A program made the position numbers and the translations under genes. From positions 160,001 through 224,000 of the forward strand of contig CAVRZA010000004.1 in assembly GCA_963725665.1 (NCBI GenBank): a DNA stretch of 64,000 nt. The letters are read 5' to 3'. Of the stretch, positions 48,440 to 59,192 are shown one piece after another; within the stretch, counting starts at the first letter, position 1, and every line of letters begins with the position of its first letter. The notes beneath the pieces were generated by a model that saw only the letters and a list, made by a program, of their open reading frames with translations, was not told the origin of the DNA and ran no database searches. The stretch comes from an uncultured Actinomycetes bacterium. Lineage in GTDB: Bacteria; Actinomycetota; Thermoleophilia; UBA2241.

Positions 48440-49238
48440 GTGGCCGAGCGTAAGAGCGAGGCCGACCGTCGGGGCGAGGCCGAACACGTGCGCCGCAACA
48501 GGGCGGCCTGGGCCGAGTGGGCGAGCGACTTCGTCGGCCCAGGCGAGCGCGCGTGGGCCAGTGAGGAGCCGTACTGGGGCATCTGGGCCATCCCCGACTC
48601 CGAGCTGCACGTGCTTCCCGCTCGAGCTCGCCGGCAAGGAGGTCGTCGAGCTCGGCTGCGGCACGGGCTACGTGTCGGCGTGGCTTGCCCGTCGCGGCGC
48701 GCGACCCGTCGGCGTTGATGTCTCCCCGGAGCAACTTGCGACGGCCCGGCGTCTGCAGGAGGAGCACGGCCTCTCCTTCCCCTTGCTCGAGGTCAGCGCC
48801 GAGCAGCTTCCCTTCCCCGATGCTAGCTTCGATTTGGCCATCTCCGAGTACGGGGCGAGCATCTGGGCCGATCCCTACCGGTGGGTCCCCGAGGCGTCGC
48901 GGGTGCTTCGCGTCGGAGGGCAGCTCATCTTCCTCGTGAACGGCACCATCATGATGCTCTGCACCCCCGACGACGCCGACGCGCTGCCGTCGGATCGTCT
49001 CGTGTGCGACTACTTCGGCATGCATCGCTTCGAGTGGCCCGGTTGGCCCTCGGTCGAGTTCCACCTCGGCTACGGCGACTGGATCAGGCTCCTGCGCGCC
49101 AACGGGTTCGAGGTCGAGGACCTGCTCGAGTTGCGTCCAGCAGAGAACGCGACCACCGATTTCGACGACATCGTGAGCCTCGAGTGGGCGCGGCGCTGGC
49201 CCTGCGAGGAGGTCTGGAGGGCGCGCAAGCGGGGTTGA
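48440..49238 (+). CDS. Class I SAM-dependent methyltransferase (frameshift near 48620)
   Basis: N-terminus in ORF 48440..48718, then VVELGCGTG, FDLAISEYGA. Confidence 0.8.
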
Positions 49239-49279
49239 GGGAGTGGGGCGCGGCGGCCGATGGCCGCCGCGCCCCAACG

Positions 49280-49324
49280 AAAAGGGCGCCCGCGGGGCCG
49301 GCATTGCCGGCCCCGCGGGCGCCC
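49280..49324 (-). terminator. Intrinsic terminator of the cold-shock gene
   Basis: Perfect ~19-bp GC stem (49284-49324) followed by TTTT on the minus strand. A second hairpin lies at ~49244-49276. Confidence 0.75.
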
Positions 49325-49337
49325 GTGAATCCGTGCC

Positions 49338-49535
49338 TCAGACGGGCCGGACGTTGACCGCCTGAGGTCCCTTGCGGCCCTCGGTCACGTCGAACTCGAC
49401 GGTCTGGTTCTCAGACAGGGTGGCTACGCCGGGAGCGAGGCCGTTGACGTGCACGAACACGTCCTCGCCCTCTTCCTGCTCGATGAACCCATAGCCCTTC
49501 TGGCCGCTGAACCACTTCACTTTGCCCTGCGTCAA
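49338..49535 (-). CDS. Cold-shock protein
   Basis: GKVKWF, KGYGFI, DVFVH, KGPQAVNV. TTG start with AGGAG RBS. Confidence 0.95.
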   Translation of the reverse strand: MTQGKVKWFSGQKGYGFIEQEEGEDVFVHVNGLAPGVATLSENQTVEFDVTEGRKGPQAVNVRPV

Positions 49536-49832
49536 CTTCTACTCCTCGTCTCGTGAGCGTGTCCGCGGCGACGTGTCGAACCAACGATGCGCGCTCGTCA
49601 CTATGGGCGCTGCCTACGATCGCGGGTGCGCCGCAAACAGGCGGCTCACTATACCGTGTTCCCGGCGGCGAGGAAACCGGGGGCCGTCAAGACGGTCGCT
49701 GCCTAAGGCACGGGAGCGTGGTCATCGAGGCGCGCGCAACGCAAAGCGCACTTGCGTAGAGAGCCTCGTCCAGCCATGCTTACACGTCTTGGATAGAATC
49801 CCGCGGGCGGACCGCGATGAGAAAGGAACTGC

Positions 49833-50132
49833 ATGCCGAGCGTGAGAAGACGAACCGAGAAGAAGCGGACCGGGCCGGGCGTCGGCTCGCGCCGGCGCTA
49901 CTGCCACTTCTGCAAAGAGAAGATCGACGTGATCGACTACAAGGAGTTCGGGGCGCTGCGCAAGTTCATCAGCGACAGGGGCAAGATCAAGTCGCCGCGC
50001 ACCACCGGGACCTGCCGGCGCCACCAGCGCCAGGTGGCCGTCGCCGTCAAGCGGGCCCGCGAGATGGCCCTTCTTCCCTACGTCTTCGCGGCCCCGGACG
50101 CGGAGAGGGGCGGTCGTCGGCGCCCTCGCTGA
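49833..50132 (+). CDS. rpsR: 30S ribosomal protein S18
   Basis: [40 protein letters not shown]. Confidence 0.95.
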   Translation: MPSVRRRTEKKRTGPGVGSRRRYCHFCKEKIDVIDYKEFGALRKFISDRGKIKSPRTTGTCRRHQRQVAVAVKRAREMALLPYVFAAPDAERGGRRRPR

Positions 50133-50174
50133 CCGTCGCCTCTCTGAGCCACTGACGTCGGGCAGGTCGCTGCC

Positions 50175-51608
50175 ATGAAGGTCCGCCTCATCGAGCCCGC
50201 GCCGCGGGGCATGAACACGTTCAGCATGATCCTGCTCCCCCGCCTCGGTCTGCCCATTATCGCCACGACGCTCAGGCAGCAGGGGCACGACGCGAAGATC
50301 TACGCCCCTCAGATGGCGCCGGTCGTCTGGTCCGACGTCTACGACGCCGACCTGGTCGGGATCACGACGACCACCTCGACGGTGACCGACGCCTACCGGT
50401 TCGCCGACGACGTGCGCTCCCGCGGGATCCCGGTCGTCATGGGCGGCTCGCACGTGACGTTCATGGCCGATGAGGCTCTCGAGCACGCCGACTACGTCGG
50501 GCGCGGCGAGGGAGGCGAGCAGCTCATGCCCGAGCTGATCGAGGCGCTTGGCGGAGACCGTGAGCTGGAGAGCATCAAGGGCCTGTCGTTCCGCCGTGAC
50601 GGCGAGGCCGTGCACAACGAGCCGCGCGGCTTCTGCACGAAGCTCGAGGATCTGCCGTTCCCCGACATGACGCTGATCCACGGCCACGAGAACCTGCACA
50701 CGACGCCGATGATGACGAGCTGGGGATGTCCCTTCAACTGCCACTTCTGCTCGGTCACGGCGCTGTTCGGCAGGAAGTACCGCTATCGCAGCGCGGACAG
50801 TGTGCTCGCCGAGCTGCGCGAGAAGCGGCCGCGCAAGGTGTTCTTCTACGACGACAACCTGGCCGCCAACAAGCGCCGGCTCAAGGAGCTTCTGCGCAGG
50901 ATGATCGCCGAGGACCTGGTCACGCCGTGGTCGGCGCAGGTGCGCGTCGACGTCGCCAGGGACGAGGAGCTGCTCGAGCTGATGCGCGACTCGGGCTGCG
51001 TGATGGTGTACCTCGGTCTGGAGTCGGTGAACCAGGAGACGCTGGACAGTTACGACAAGCACCAGACCGTCCAGGACATCGTCGACGGCGTGCGGGCGCT
51101 GCATCGCTACGGCATCATGAGCCACGGCATGTTCGTCGTGGGGGCCGACTCCGACACGCGCCAGACCATCCAGGATACCGTCGACTTCGCCAAGAAGAAC
51201 GGCATCGACACGATCATGTTGAGCGCGCTCACGCCGCTTCCCGGCACCACGACCTTCCGCGAGCTCGACGAGCAGGGCCGCATCTTCGACAAGCGCTGGG
51301 AGTTCTACGACTCCCACCACGTCGTCTTCCATCCCGCCACGATGTCGGCCCACGAGCTGCAGCTCGAAGCCCTGAAGGCCTATCGTCGCTTCTACTCCAG
51401 GGGGCAGTGGCTCAAGTACCTTCTGACCTTCCGCTTCACGAGGCTCCTCTTTCAGACCTGGGGGATGTACATCAGGGCGAACTGGCTCCGGAACGAGGAC
51501 AACAAGGCTTTCATGACGTCGGTGCAGGAGGCCTCCGCCCGGCGTGCGCTGGCGCCCGCTCGGGCTCCGGACACTCCCGAGCCGGCGGCTCCCGGCTCCC
51601 CTTCCTGA
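50175..51608 (+). CDS. B12-binding-domain radical SAM protein
   Basis: PRLGL, VMGGSHVT, GEGG, GCPFNCHFC, FYDDN, LGLES. Confidence 0.92.
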   Translation: MKVRLIEPAPRGMNTFSMILLPRLGLPIIATTLRQQGHDAKIYAPQMAPVVWSDVYDADLVGITTTTSTVTDAYRFADDVRSRGIPVVMGGSHVTFMADEALEHADYVGRGEGGEQLMPELIEALGGDRELESIKGLSFRRDGEAVHNEPRGFCTKLEDLPFPDMTLIHGHENLHTTPMMTSWGCPFNCHFCSVTALFGRKYRYRSADSVLAELREKRPRKVFFYDDNLAANKRRLKELLRRMIAEDLVTPWSAQVRVDVARDEELLELMRDSGCVMVYLGLESVNQETLDSYDKHQTVQDIVDGVRALHRYGIMSHGMFVVGADSDTRQTIQDTVDFAKKNGIDTIMLSALTPLPGTTTFRELDEQGRIFDKRWEFYDSHHVVFHPATMSAHELQLEALKAYRRFYSRGQWLKYLLTFRFTRLLFQTWGMYIRANWLRNEDNKAFMTSVQEASARRALAPARAPDTPEPAAPGSPS

Positions 51609-51797
51609 GGTCCACCGGGCCGGCGCGGCGCAGCCTTCGCGACGGCTGCTTCCGCTTCTTCCTACCGCTCTCGCCGCTGCTCGCCACCGCTCTGCGCTCT
51701 CGCCACCGCTCCCGCCGCTGCTCTTCGCCACCGCTCCTGCCCGCCTTGGGGTATCGTTGCCGGCGGATCCCGCGCAGGCTTCGCTTGGAGGTAGACG

Positions 51798-52307
51798 ATG
51801 GACGTCCTCGATTGCATCGCGCAGCGCTACAGCGCGCGCGGCTATCGCTCCGACCCGGTGGACGAAGAGGCACTCGACAAGGTGCTCGAGGCGGCGCGTC
51901 TGGCGCCGACCGCCGCCAACCGGCAGCCGTTTCGCGTGCTGGTCATCCACACGGCAGGCAGGGAAAAGGAGCTCGCGCGCATCTATGGCCGGCCGTGGTT
52001 CGTCCAGGCGCCCCTCGTGCTGGCGGTCGTGGCGGTGCCGGGCGAGGCGTGGCGCCGCATGGACGACAAGCCCTACGACGAGGTCGACGCAACGATCGCC
52101 ATGGACCACCTGATCCTCGCCGCTGCCAGCCTCGGCCTGGGCACGTGCTGGGTCGCCGCCTTCGATCCGGCCGTGGCGCGTGATGTGCTTGGTCTGCCCG
52201 ACGATGTCGAGCCGCTCGCGTTCACGCCGCTCGGCTACGCGACGACGCCGCCAAAGGAGAAGAAGCGGCGGCCGCTCGCGGAGCTCGTCAAGTACGAACG
52301 CTGGTGA
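51798..52307 (+). CDS. Nitroreductase family protein
   Basis: RYSARGY, APTAANRQP, GLGTCW. Confidence 0.92.
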   Translation: MDVLDCIAQRYSARGYRSDPVDEEALDKVLEAARLAPTAANRQPFRVLVIHTAGREKELARIYGRPWFVQAPLVLAVVAVPGEAWRRMDDKPYDEVDATIAMDHLILAAASLGLGTCWVAAFDPAVARDVLGLPDDVEPLAFTPLGYATTPPKEKKRRPLAELVKYERW

Positions 52308-53673
52308 GCGCGTCGAGCAGCTCGTTCCAGGCGTCGAGATAGGCGTCGACGTCGTCGTCGACCGCCGGGATGGGGACCACGGGTCCGGCGCCTACGATCG
52401 CCTCCCACACGCTACGGTTCGCCAGCCAGATGCGGATCAGGCGCGCGAGCAAGTCGTCATGGCAGGCGCGCGCCTCGGCGGCGTCGCGGACCGGCGTCGG
52501 GCGGAACGTGTAGCCGGAGCGCGGCCCGAGATGGTGGATGTGCCAGGGCAGGCCGGTGCGCTCGACGCCGGCACGCATGCCTGCGGCGAGGCGCGCGCCC
52601 AGCCGCTGTGTGTGCGCGTAGGCCTCGGGCGTGAGCACCTCCAGCATGATCGCTTTCGCCGCCGCCATAGAGAGGGCGTTGCCGAAGAGCGTGCCACCGG
52701 TGGCGACCAGGTCGGAGCGCTCGCCGTCGGAGCCCTTCGCCTGCGTCAGTACCTCCGCGACTTCGTCGGTCATGCCCCAGGCACCGAACGGCACTCCGCC
52801 GGCGATCGACTTGCCGCTGGTCACGAGGTCGGGCGCGAGCCCCCACATCTTTGTCAGCCCACCCGGACCGACGACTTGAGTGTGCGTCTCGTCGAACGCC
52901 AGGAGGGTGCCGGTCTCGCGCGTGACCGCCCGCAAGGCGTCGTTGAAGCCCGGCTCGGGGAGGATCAGGCCGAAGTTGTTCGTCAGCGCTGGCTCGGTGA
53001 GCACGAGGGCCACCTCGTGGCCCTCGAGAGCCCGAGCCAGCGCCTCGGGGTCGTTGAAGGGCACGATGACCGTCTGCTCGATCACGCTCCTGGGCAGGCC
53101 CTTCTCCTCGGGAACAAGCTTGCCGTCGGCCTTGAGCTCGACGAGTGTCTGGTCGAAGTGCCCGTGGTAGTGGCCGTCGAACATGAGCACCTTCTCGCGC
53201 CCGGTCACGACGCGGGCGACGCGGATCGCCTCGGTGTTGGCTTGCGACGCCGACAGCGTGTACTGCCACTTCGGCAGGCTGTAGCGGCGGCCGAGCTCCT
53301 CAGAGACGACGATCGCGTCCTCCGTCGGGAGGAGGAACTGGTTGCCGCGCGCGATCCTCTCGGAAACAGCCCGCACGAGCGGCTCGGGCGCGTAGCCGCA
53401 GAACATCGACATGTCGGCGATGTTGAAGTCGCTGTAGGTATGTCCGTCGACGTCCGTGAAGCGGGCGCCGCGTCCCTCGACGACCCAGAGCGGTGGGTGG
53501 TGGTAGCTGCCGACGAGCCAGGCCATGGGTACGCCGTTCGGCATGACGCGGCGCCCGCGCTCCAACAGCTCTACGGAGCGTGGGTGAGCGTCGCGGAAAC
53601 GCGCGTCTTCCCGATTCTTCAACTCGCGCACAAGGGCGCGCTCGACGGTGAACACGGGGTCGATGGTCGTCAT
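52288..53673 (-). CDS. Class III PLP aminotransferase (GSA-aminomutase-like)
   Basis: DVDGH, YHG, FDETH, SGKSIAGG, GGTLFGN. Confidence 0.9.
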   Translation of the reverse strand: MTTIDPVFTVERALVRELKNREDARFRDAHPRSVELLERGRRVMPNGVPMAWLVGSYHHPPLWVVEGRGARFTDVDGHTYSDFNIADMSMFCGYAPEPLVRAVSERIARGNQFLLPTEDAIVVSEELGRRYSLPKWQYTLSASQANTEAIRVARVVTGREKVLMFDGHYHGHFDQTLVELKADGKLVPEEKGLPRSVIEQTVIVPFNDPEALARALEGHEVALVLTEPALTNNFGLILPEPGFNDALRAVTRETGTLLAFDETHTQVVGPGGLTKMWGLAPDLVTSGKSIAGGVPFGAWGMTDEVAEVLTQAKGSDGERSDLVATGGTLFGNALSMAAAKAIMLEVLTPEAYAHTQRLGARLAAGMRAGVERTGLPWHIHHLGPRSGYTFRPTPVRDAAEARACHDDLLARLIRIWLANRSVWEAIVGAGPVVPIPAVDDDVDAYLDAWNELLDALTSVRT

Positions 53674-53921
53674 GGAGCGACTCCTCCTCGTCGATCGAAG
53701 CCGGCGTCGCCGGCGGCCGTCACGGCAGGTCGCGGCCGCCGGCCCATAGGAGCATTCGCCGCCGCCACTCCCTCGTCAAGTCAGCCCGACGGTATGCTTG
53801 TCGCTGATCAGTGCGCCGGAGTGGGGTGCTGGTCGGGATCATGGAGGCTGCCGGCTTGTTCTCGGGGCGGCGTCCCGGAGTGCGTGTGGGTGCGCGCTCC
53901 GGTGTCAGGAAGGGGCTGCGT

Positions 53922-55358
53922 GTGAAGGCAGAGTTGCGAGTCTTGAGCCCGGCCGAGCGCGAGCAAGTGCACGAGCGCACGCTGCACGTCCTCGCCACCA
54001 AGGGCATGCGCGTCGACACGGCCCAGGGACGTGTGATCCTCCGCGAAGCCGGGGGGCAGGTCGACGAAGAGACGCGCGGTGTCCGCTTCCCCGAGGAGCT
54101 CGTCGAGCGGTCGATCGACATGGCGACCAAGGAGTTCGCGCTCGGCGGTCGCCGAGCCGATTGGAGCTTCGCGCTGAACGCCGGCGGCTTCTCGCTCTGT
54201 GCAGACGGCGGCAGCAACGTGTTGCTCGACCGGCGCACGGGCGAGCGCCGCGATTCGACATTCGAGGATTGGCTCGAGATGACGCGCGTCCTCGACGCCA
54301 TCGAGGACGTCGGGATGTACTGGTGCATGATCGACGGCGGTCTCGACTGGTCGACGCCCGTCGGCATGGTCGAGTACCTGACGCACCTGTTCGGCACGTT
54401 CGGGCGCCACGTGCAGGACTCCTACGACACGCCGCGGGTCATGCCCTGGGTCACGCGTGCGCTCGAGGTCGTCTTCGGCAGCCGCGAGGAGGTGCGTCGC
54501 CGGCATCCGTTCTCGTTTCTGATCACGCCGGCCTCGCCCCTGATCATCGAGGAGCACTACACCGAGTCCTGGCTCGCCTCACGCGGCTACGATATTCCCG
54601 TCGCCGTGATGCCGATGCCGCTCATGGGCGCCACCGCGCCCGGGAGCCGCATCGCCACGCTGGTGCAGGCGAACTGCGAGGTCCTGGGCACGCTCTGCCT
54701 GGTGCAGGCGGCCGACCCGGGGGTGCCGTTCATCTACGCGCCCGTCGTCGCTAGCATGGACCCGCGCAGCGGGCGCTACAGCGGCGGCGCCATGGAGCAC
54801 TACGTGCTCGGCGCCGCCGCGACCGAGATGGCCCGTCACTACGGCTTTCCAGTGCTTGCCAGCGGCTGCGGCACCGACCATTTCGTGCCCTCGCTGCAGG
54901 CGGCCTACGAAAAGGCGATGAGCGCTCTGCTCGTTACCCTCTCGTGGCCCGACTTGCTAGTTGGCCCCGGCATGCTCGGCGGCGCCTCGGTCATGAGCTT
55001 CGAGCAGCTCGTCATGGACGTCGAGGTCTTCCGCGCCGCGCGCGCCGCGCACGAGGGCATCACGGTGAGCGATGAGTCATGGCTGGATGAAGCTGTGGCG
55101 CACGTCGACTTCGGCGGCAGCTTCCTGTTCGAGAGATCGACCAAGGAGAACGTGCGCCGCGGCGAGTGGGCGATGAGCCGCTTCGGCCTGCACGACACGC
55201 GCGGCGCCTGGGAGCGCGGCGGCTCGCCGACGACGCTCCAGCAGGCGCGCGACGAGGTAGAGCGGCTCCTCGCCTCGCACGAGCCGGAGCCGCTCCCCGA
55301 GGACGTCGCGCGCGCGCTGCGAGATCTGCGTCGTGAGGCGGCCGCGGCGTCCTCCTGA
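53922..55358 (+). CDS. MttB-superfamily methyltransferase, pyrrolysine-free (second copy)
   Basis: VHERTLHVL, SPL, GATAP, MDPRSG, QAAYEK. The Pyl site is occupied by Gly (SGC-G-TDH). Confidence 0.88.
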   Translation: MKAELRVLSPAEREQVHERTLHVLATKGMRVDTAQGRVILREAGGQVDEETRGVRFPEELVERSIDMATKEFALGGRRADWSFALNAGGFSLCADGGSNVLLDRRTGERRDSTFEDWLEMTRVLDAIEDVGMYWCMIDGGLDWSTPVGMVEYLTHLFGTFGRHVQDSYDTPRVMPWVTRALEVVFGSREEVRRRHPFSFLITPASPLIIEEHYTESWLASRGYDIPVAVMPMPLMGATAPGSRIATLVQANCEVLGTLCLVQAADPGVPFIYAPVVASMDPRSGRYSGGAMEHYVLGAAATEMARHYGFPVLASGCGTDHFVPSLQAAYEKAMSALLVTLSWPDLLVGPGMLGGASVMSFEQLVMDVEVFRAARAAHEGITVSDESWLDEAVAHVDFGGSFLFERSTKENVRRGEWAMSRFGLHDTRGAWERGGSPTTLQQARDEVERLLASHEPEPLPEDVARALRDLRREAAAASS

Positions 55359-55465
55359 GAGTCCACCGGCTTGGCGTTGGCGGTGCGGGGGCAGAATCCC
55401 CTCTGTCTTCGGGCTTTTCCCGAGGGCGTCGCGGTGCTCAGATCAGAAGGACGGGCCGGGTCGCA

Positions 55466-55675
55466 GTGTGGAGGTCCAAGTCATGGTGGCTCTTCGTCGG
55501 CTTGCTTGCCGCTGCGTTGACGGCCGTCGTGGTCATCGCGTTCGTGACCTCGAGCCCCTTGACGAGCTACGGCGGCAGGGCGCCGCGTCCCGCCGGCCTG
55601 AGCGCGCCTGCGGCGCCGTATCCATCCCTGCACCCGGGCGCCGGCTCCGCCTCGGTGTCCGGCGCGTCGCAGTGA
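55466..55675 (+). CDS. Small membrane-anchored hypothetical protein
   Basis: 69 aa with one hydrophobic helix. Confidence 0.4.
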   Translation: MWRSKSWWLFVGLLAAALTAVVVIAFVTSSPLTSYGGRAPRPAGLSAPAAPYPSLHPGAGSASVSGASQ

Positions 55676-55688
55676 CCGTGGCCATCTG

Positions 55689-56396
55689 ATGGCTACGCTC
55701 TACACAGGCACCTCGGGGTTCGCTTACCCGGCGTGGAAGCCGGGCTTCTACCCGTCCACGGTGCCCGCCGCGAAGTTCCTTGAGTACTACGCTACGCGGC
55801 TCAATTGCGTCGAGATCAACTACACCTTCAGGCGCATGCCCGCCGCATCCACACTGCAGTCGTGGGTCGACCTCACCCCCGAGGGGTTTGCCTTCGCCGT
55901 CAAGGCGCACCAGCAGATCACGCACTTTCGCCGCCTCAAAGACGCCGGCGAGCCCACGCAGGCATTCCTCGCCGCCCTGGAGCCGCTGCGCGCCGCCGGC
56001 AGGCTTGGTCCCGTGCTGTTCCAGCTTCCGCCGCACCTGAAGGTCGACGTGGAGCGGCTCGATGCCTTTCTCGAGCTGCTGCCGCCCGACTCGAGATACG
56101 CCTTCGAGTTCCGCGACGCCTCGTGGTTCGTCGACGACGTGTACTCGCTGCTCGGCGAGTACGGCGTGTCGCTGTGCGTGGCCGAGTCCGACAAGCTGGA
56201 AGTACCCGATGTCGTCACCGGCGGCTTCGTCTACTACCGCTTGAGGAAGCCGACCTACGACGAGGCCGACCTCGACGGCGTCGTCGCTCGCTCGCGGCAG
56301 GTGCTGGCCGGCGGGCGCGACGTGTACGTGCTGTTCAAGCACGAAGACGACCCGACGGGAGCCCTCTACGCGGAGCGCGTGCTCGCGGCGGCGTAG
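55689..56396 (+). CDS. DUF72 family protein
   Basis: GTSGF.Y..W, VEINYTF, LFQLPP, FEFR..SW. Confidence 0.92.
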   Translation: MATLYTGTSGFAYPAWKPGFYPSTVPAAKFLEYYATRLNCVEINYTFRRMPAASTLQSWVDLTPEGFAFAVKAHQQITHFRRLKDAGEPTQAFLAALEPLRAAGRLGPVLFQLPPHLKVDVERLDAFLELLPPDSRYAFEFRDASWFVDDVYSLLGEYGVSLCVAESDKLEVPDVVTGGFVYYRLRKPTYDEADLDGVVARSRQVLAGGRDVYVLFKHEDDPTGALYAERVLAAA

Positions 56397-56524
56397 CCGC
56401 GGGTGGCTTGCGCCGTCGGCAGCCGAGCCCGCGTCGGCTTGCACTGGCGCGCTTCGGCGGTAGTGTTAGCGGACCGCGAATCGACCTCGTCGTGGCGTCG
56501 TGCGGCGAGGGGAAGGAGAGGCCC

Positions 56525-58049
56525 GTGTCCATCGTCCTTGACGGCAGCTCGCTGACGATCGAGAAGCTGGCGGCCATCGCCCGTGACGGCGAGGCGGTCG
56601 TGCTCGACGCGGCGGCTCTCGAGCGCATCCGTCGCTGCCGCGAGATGCTCGAAGAGAAGCTCGCGGCAGGCGAGATCATGTACGGCACCAACACCGGCAT
56701 CGGCGAGTTCTCCGAGGTCGTGCTCAACGACCAGCAGGTGCAGGAGTTCCAGCGCTCGCTCATCTACAACCACGCCGCCGGCATCGGCGAGCCGGCCCCC
56801 GAGGAAGTCGTGCGCGCCGCCATGGCGAGCCGTGTCAACGTGCTCGCCCGCGGGCACTCCGGCATCCGCGCCGAGATCCCGCTCACCCTGGTGAAGATGC
56901 TCAACGGCGGCGTCACGCCGGTGATCTGCCAGAAGGGCTCCGTAGGCGCCTCCGGCGACCTCGCCCCGATGGCGCAGATGGCGCTGCTCATGATGGGCGA
57001 GGGCGAGGCCTTCTACCAGGGCGAGCGCCTGCCCGGGCGAGCGGCCATGGAGCGGGCCGGCATCCCGGTGCCGGGCCTGCATGCCCGCGACGGCCTGGCG
57101 ATCATCAACGGCTCCAACGTGCTTACCGCCATGAGCGCCCTGCTGCTCGTCGACGTCGAGCGCTGGCTGCGCCAGGCGGAGATCGCCTGCGCCATGAGCC
57201 TCGAGGCGCTGCTGGCGAACCTCAAGCCCTACGACGTGCGCCTGCACGAGCTGCGCGGCTTCGCCGGCGCGGTCCGCAGCGCCCGGACCATCATGCGCTG
57301 CATCGAGGGCAGCGACCTGGCCACGGGCAAGATCAAGACCAAGGTCCAGGACGCTTACTCGATGCGCTCATCGCCGCAGGTGATCGGGGCGGCGCACGAC
57401 GCCGTCGCCTTCGCTCGCTCGCAGGTCGAGATCGAGCTCAACGGGGTCGGCGACAACCCCATCTTCCTGCCCGACGAGAGGCTCACGCTCACCGGCGCCA
57501 ACTTCCAGGGCACGCCCGTCTCACTGCCCATGGAGCTGGTCGGTCAGGCAATCACGATGGTCTGCGTGTTGAGTGAGCGGCGCCTGAACCGCCTCGAGAA
57601 CCCCGCCCTCAGCCAGGGGCTGCCCGACTTCTTAACGCCCGACCCCGGCTTCTACTCGGGCCTGATGCTCAGCCAGTACACCGCCGACACGCTGATCGTC
57701 GAGCAGCGCCTCCTCTCCGCCCCCGCCTCGACGATGTCGATCCCCGCCGCGGCCGACCAGGAGGACTTCGTCTCCATGGGCATGAACACGGCCCTCAAGA
57801 ACCGGCAGATCCTCGAGAACGCGTGCGGGGTGCTGGGCATCGAGTTCATGGCGGCGGCGCAGGCGCTCGACTTTCGCGACTTCACGCCCGGGAAGGGGCG
57901 TGCGGGTCGCGCACGACGTCATCCGGCGGCACGTGGCGCACCTGGATGAGGACCGGCCTCTCTACCCAGACCACAACGCGATGATGGCTCTCGTGCGCTC
58001 TGGCGAGATCCTCGCGGCGGTCGAGGAGGCCGTGGGACCGCTGGCGTGA
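56525..58049 (+). CDS. MIO-dependent aromatic amino acid ammonia-lyase (HAL/PAL family; frameshift near 57895)
   Basis: YGTNTG, GSVGASGDLAP (ASG MIO), QDAYSMR, DNP, QEDFVSMG. The C-terminus continues in a shifted frame (VAHLDEDRPLYPD) to TGA 58047-49. Confidence 0.88.
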
Positions 58050-58162
58050 GGCTGTGGTACGTATTTCACAGTGGTTGAGCAGCGAGTATTCTGTCTTGCT
58101 TGCAAGGGGTCGCGCGCTTCCGGGAGCCACGACGCGTGACGAAGACAAAGGGGAGGAAGACT

Positions 58163-59188
58163 ATGCGTGACTTGTCCACAAGGTCGAGGGTCCTGAGCCT
58201 CGCCACCATCCTCGGGCTGGTCGGGCTGGCGCTGCTCGTCGCCGGCTGCGGGAGCAGCACCACGACGAGCAGCGCCAGCCCCAGCGCCAGCCCGAGCGCG
58301 ACTTCCACCGCGGCCGCGCCGTGGACCGCCGCCGACCTCGCCGCGATCACGACCGACAGCTCACTCACGGCCTTGCTGCCGGCCGACATCCAGAGCAGCG
58401 GCGTGATCAAGTGCCTGAGCGACATCCCGTACCCGCCGTGGGAGTACTTCGACCCGCCGACCAGCACCAATCCGGCCGGCTTCGACTTCGACATGTCCCA
58501 GGCGCTGGGAAAGAAGCTCGGCGTCGAGGTCAAGTTCATCGACAGTACGTTCGAGTCCATCCTGCTCAAGATCAAAGGCGGCCAAGGCGACATGGCCTTG
58601 TCGGCGATGTACGACAACGAGGAGCGTCAGAAGGCCGGCTACAGCTTTGTCGACTACACGTTCGACGGCACAGGCATCCTGGTCGCCAAGGGCAACCCCA
58701 ACGGGATCACCGGCCTGGACAGCCTCGCGGGTAAGACGGTCGCCGTCGAGAGTGGCGCGACACAGGTGGTTGTGCTTCAGGAACTGAACAAGGACTTTCA
58801 GAGCGCCGGCGAGTCGCAGATGCAGATCCTGAGCCTCCCGGACCAGCCCGCGGCGCTGCTCGCGGTCAAGAGCAATCGGGCCGTCGCCGACCTGACCGAC
58901 TTCTCCACAGCCGTGGACATCGCCACGACGAACGACGGCAACACCTTCGAGGTGGTCCGCGATCCGGCGGCGCCCTACGAGCCGCAGATGAACGGTATGG
59001 CCGTGCTCGCCACGAACACGCAGCTCGTGGACGCCCTCCAGAAGGCGCTGCAGGCCCTGATCGACGAGGGTTCCTACCAGAAGCTGGTCGCGGCGTGGGG
59101 CTTCGTCCCTGTCGAGTCGGCGCAGGTGAACCAGGGTCCGGCCTACGCCGCGAGCCACGCAGGTCTCCCCGTGAGCCCCTCGCCGTAA
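58163..59188 (+). CDS. Polar amino acid ABC transporter substrate-binding lipoprotein
   Basis: Lipobox LVAGC, YPPWEY, GFDFD, SAMYDNEER. Confidence 0.9.
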   Translation: MRDLSTRSRVLSLATILGLVGLALLVAGCGSSTTTSSASPSASPSATSTAAAPWTAADLAAITTDSSLTALLPADIQSSGVIKCLSDIPYPPWEYFDPPTSTNPAGFDFDMSQALGKKLGVEVKFIDSTFESILLKIKGGQGDMALSAMYDNEERQKAGYSFVDYTFDGTGILVAKGNPNGITGLDSLAGKTVAVESGATQVVVLQELNKDFQSAGESQMQILSLPDQPAALLAVKSNRAVADLTDFSTAVDIATTNDGNTFEVVRDPAAPYEPQMNGMAVLATNTQLVDALQKALQALIDEGSYQKLVAAWGFVPVESAQVNQGPAYAASHAGLPVSPSP

Positions 59189-59192
59189 CACC

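Noticed and set aside
48186-49304. 951-aa version of AOR, and similar N-terminal extensions on 2398..5559, 24282..25940 and 55805..57949
   Set aside because: The extensions overlap other real genes and are Arg/Pro-rich. Homology starts at internal start codons.
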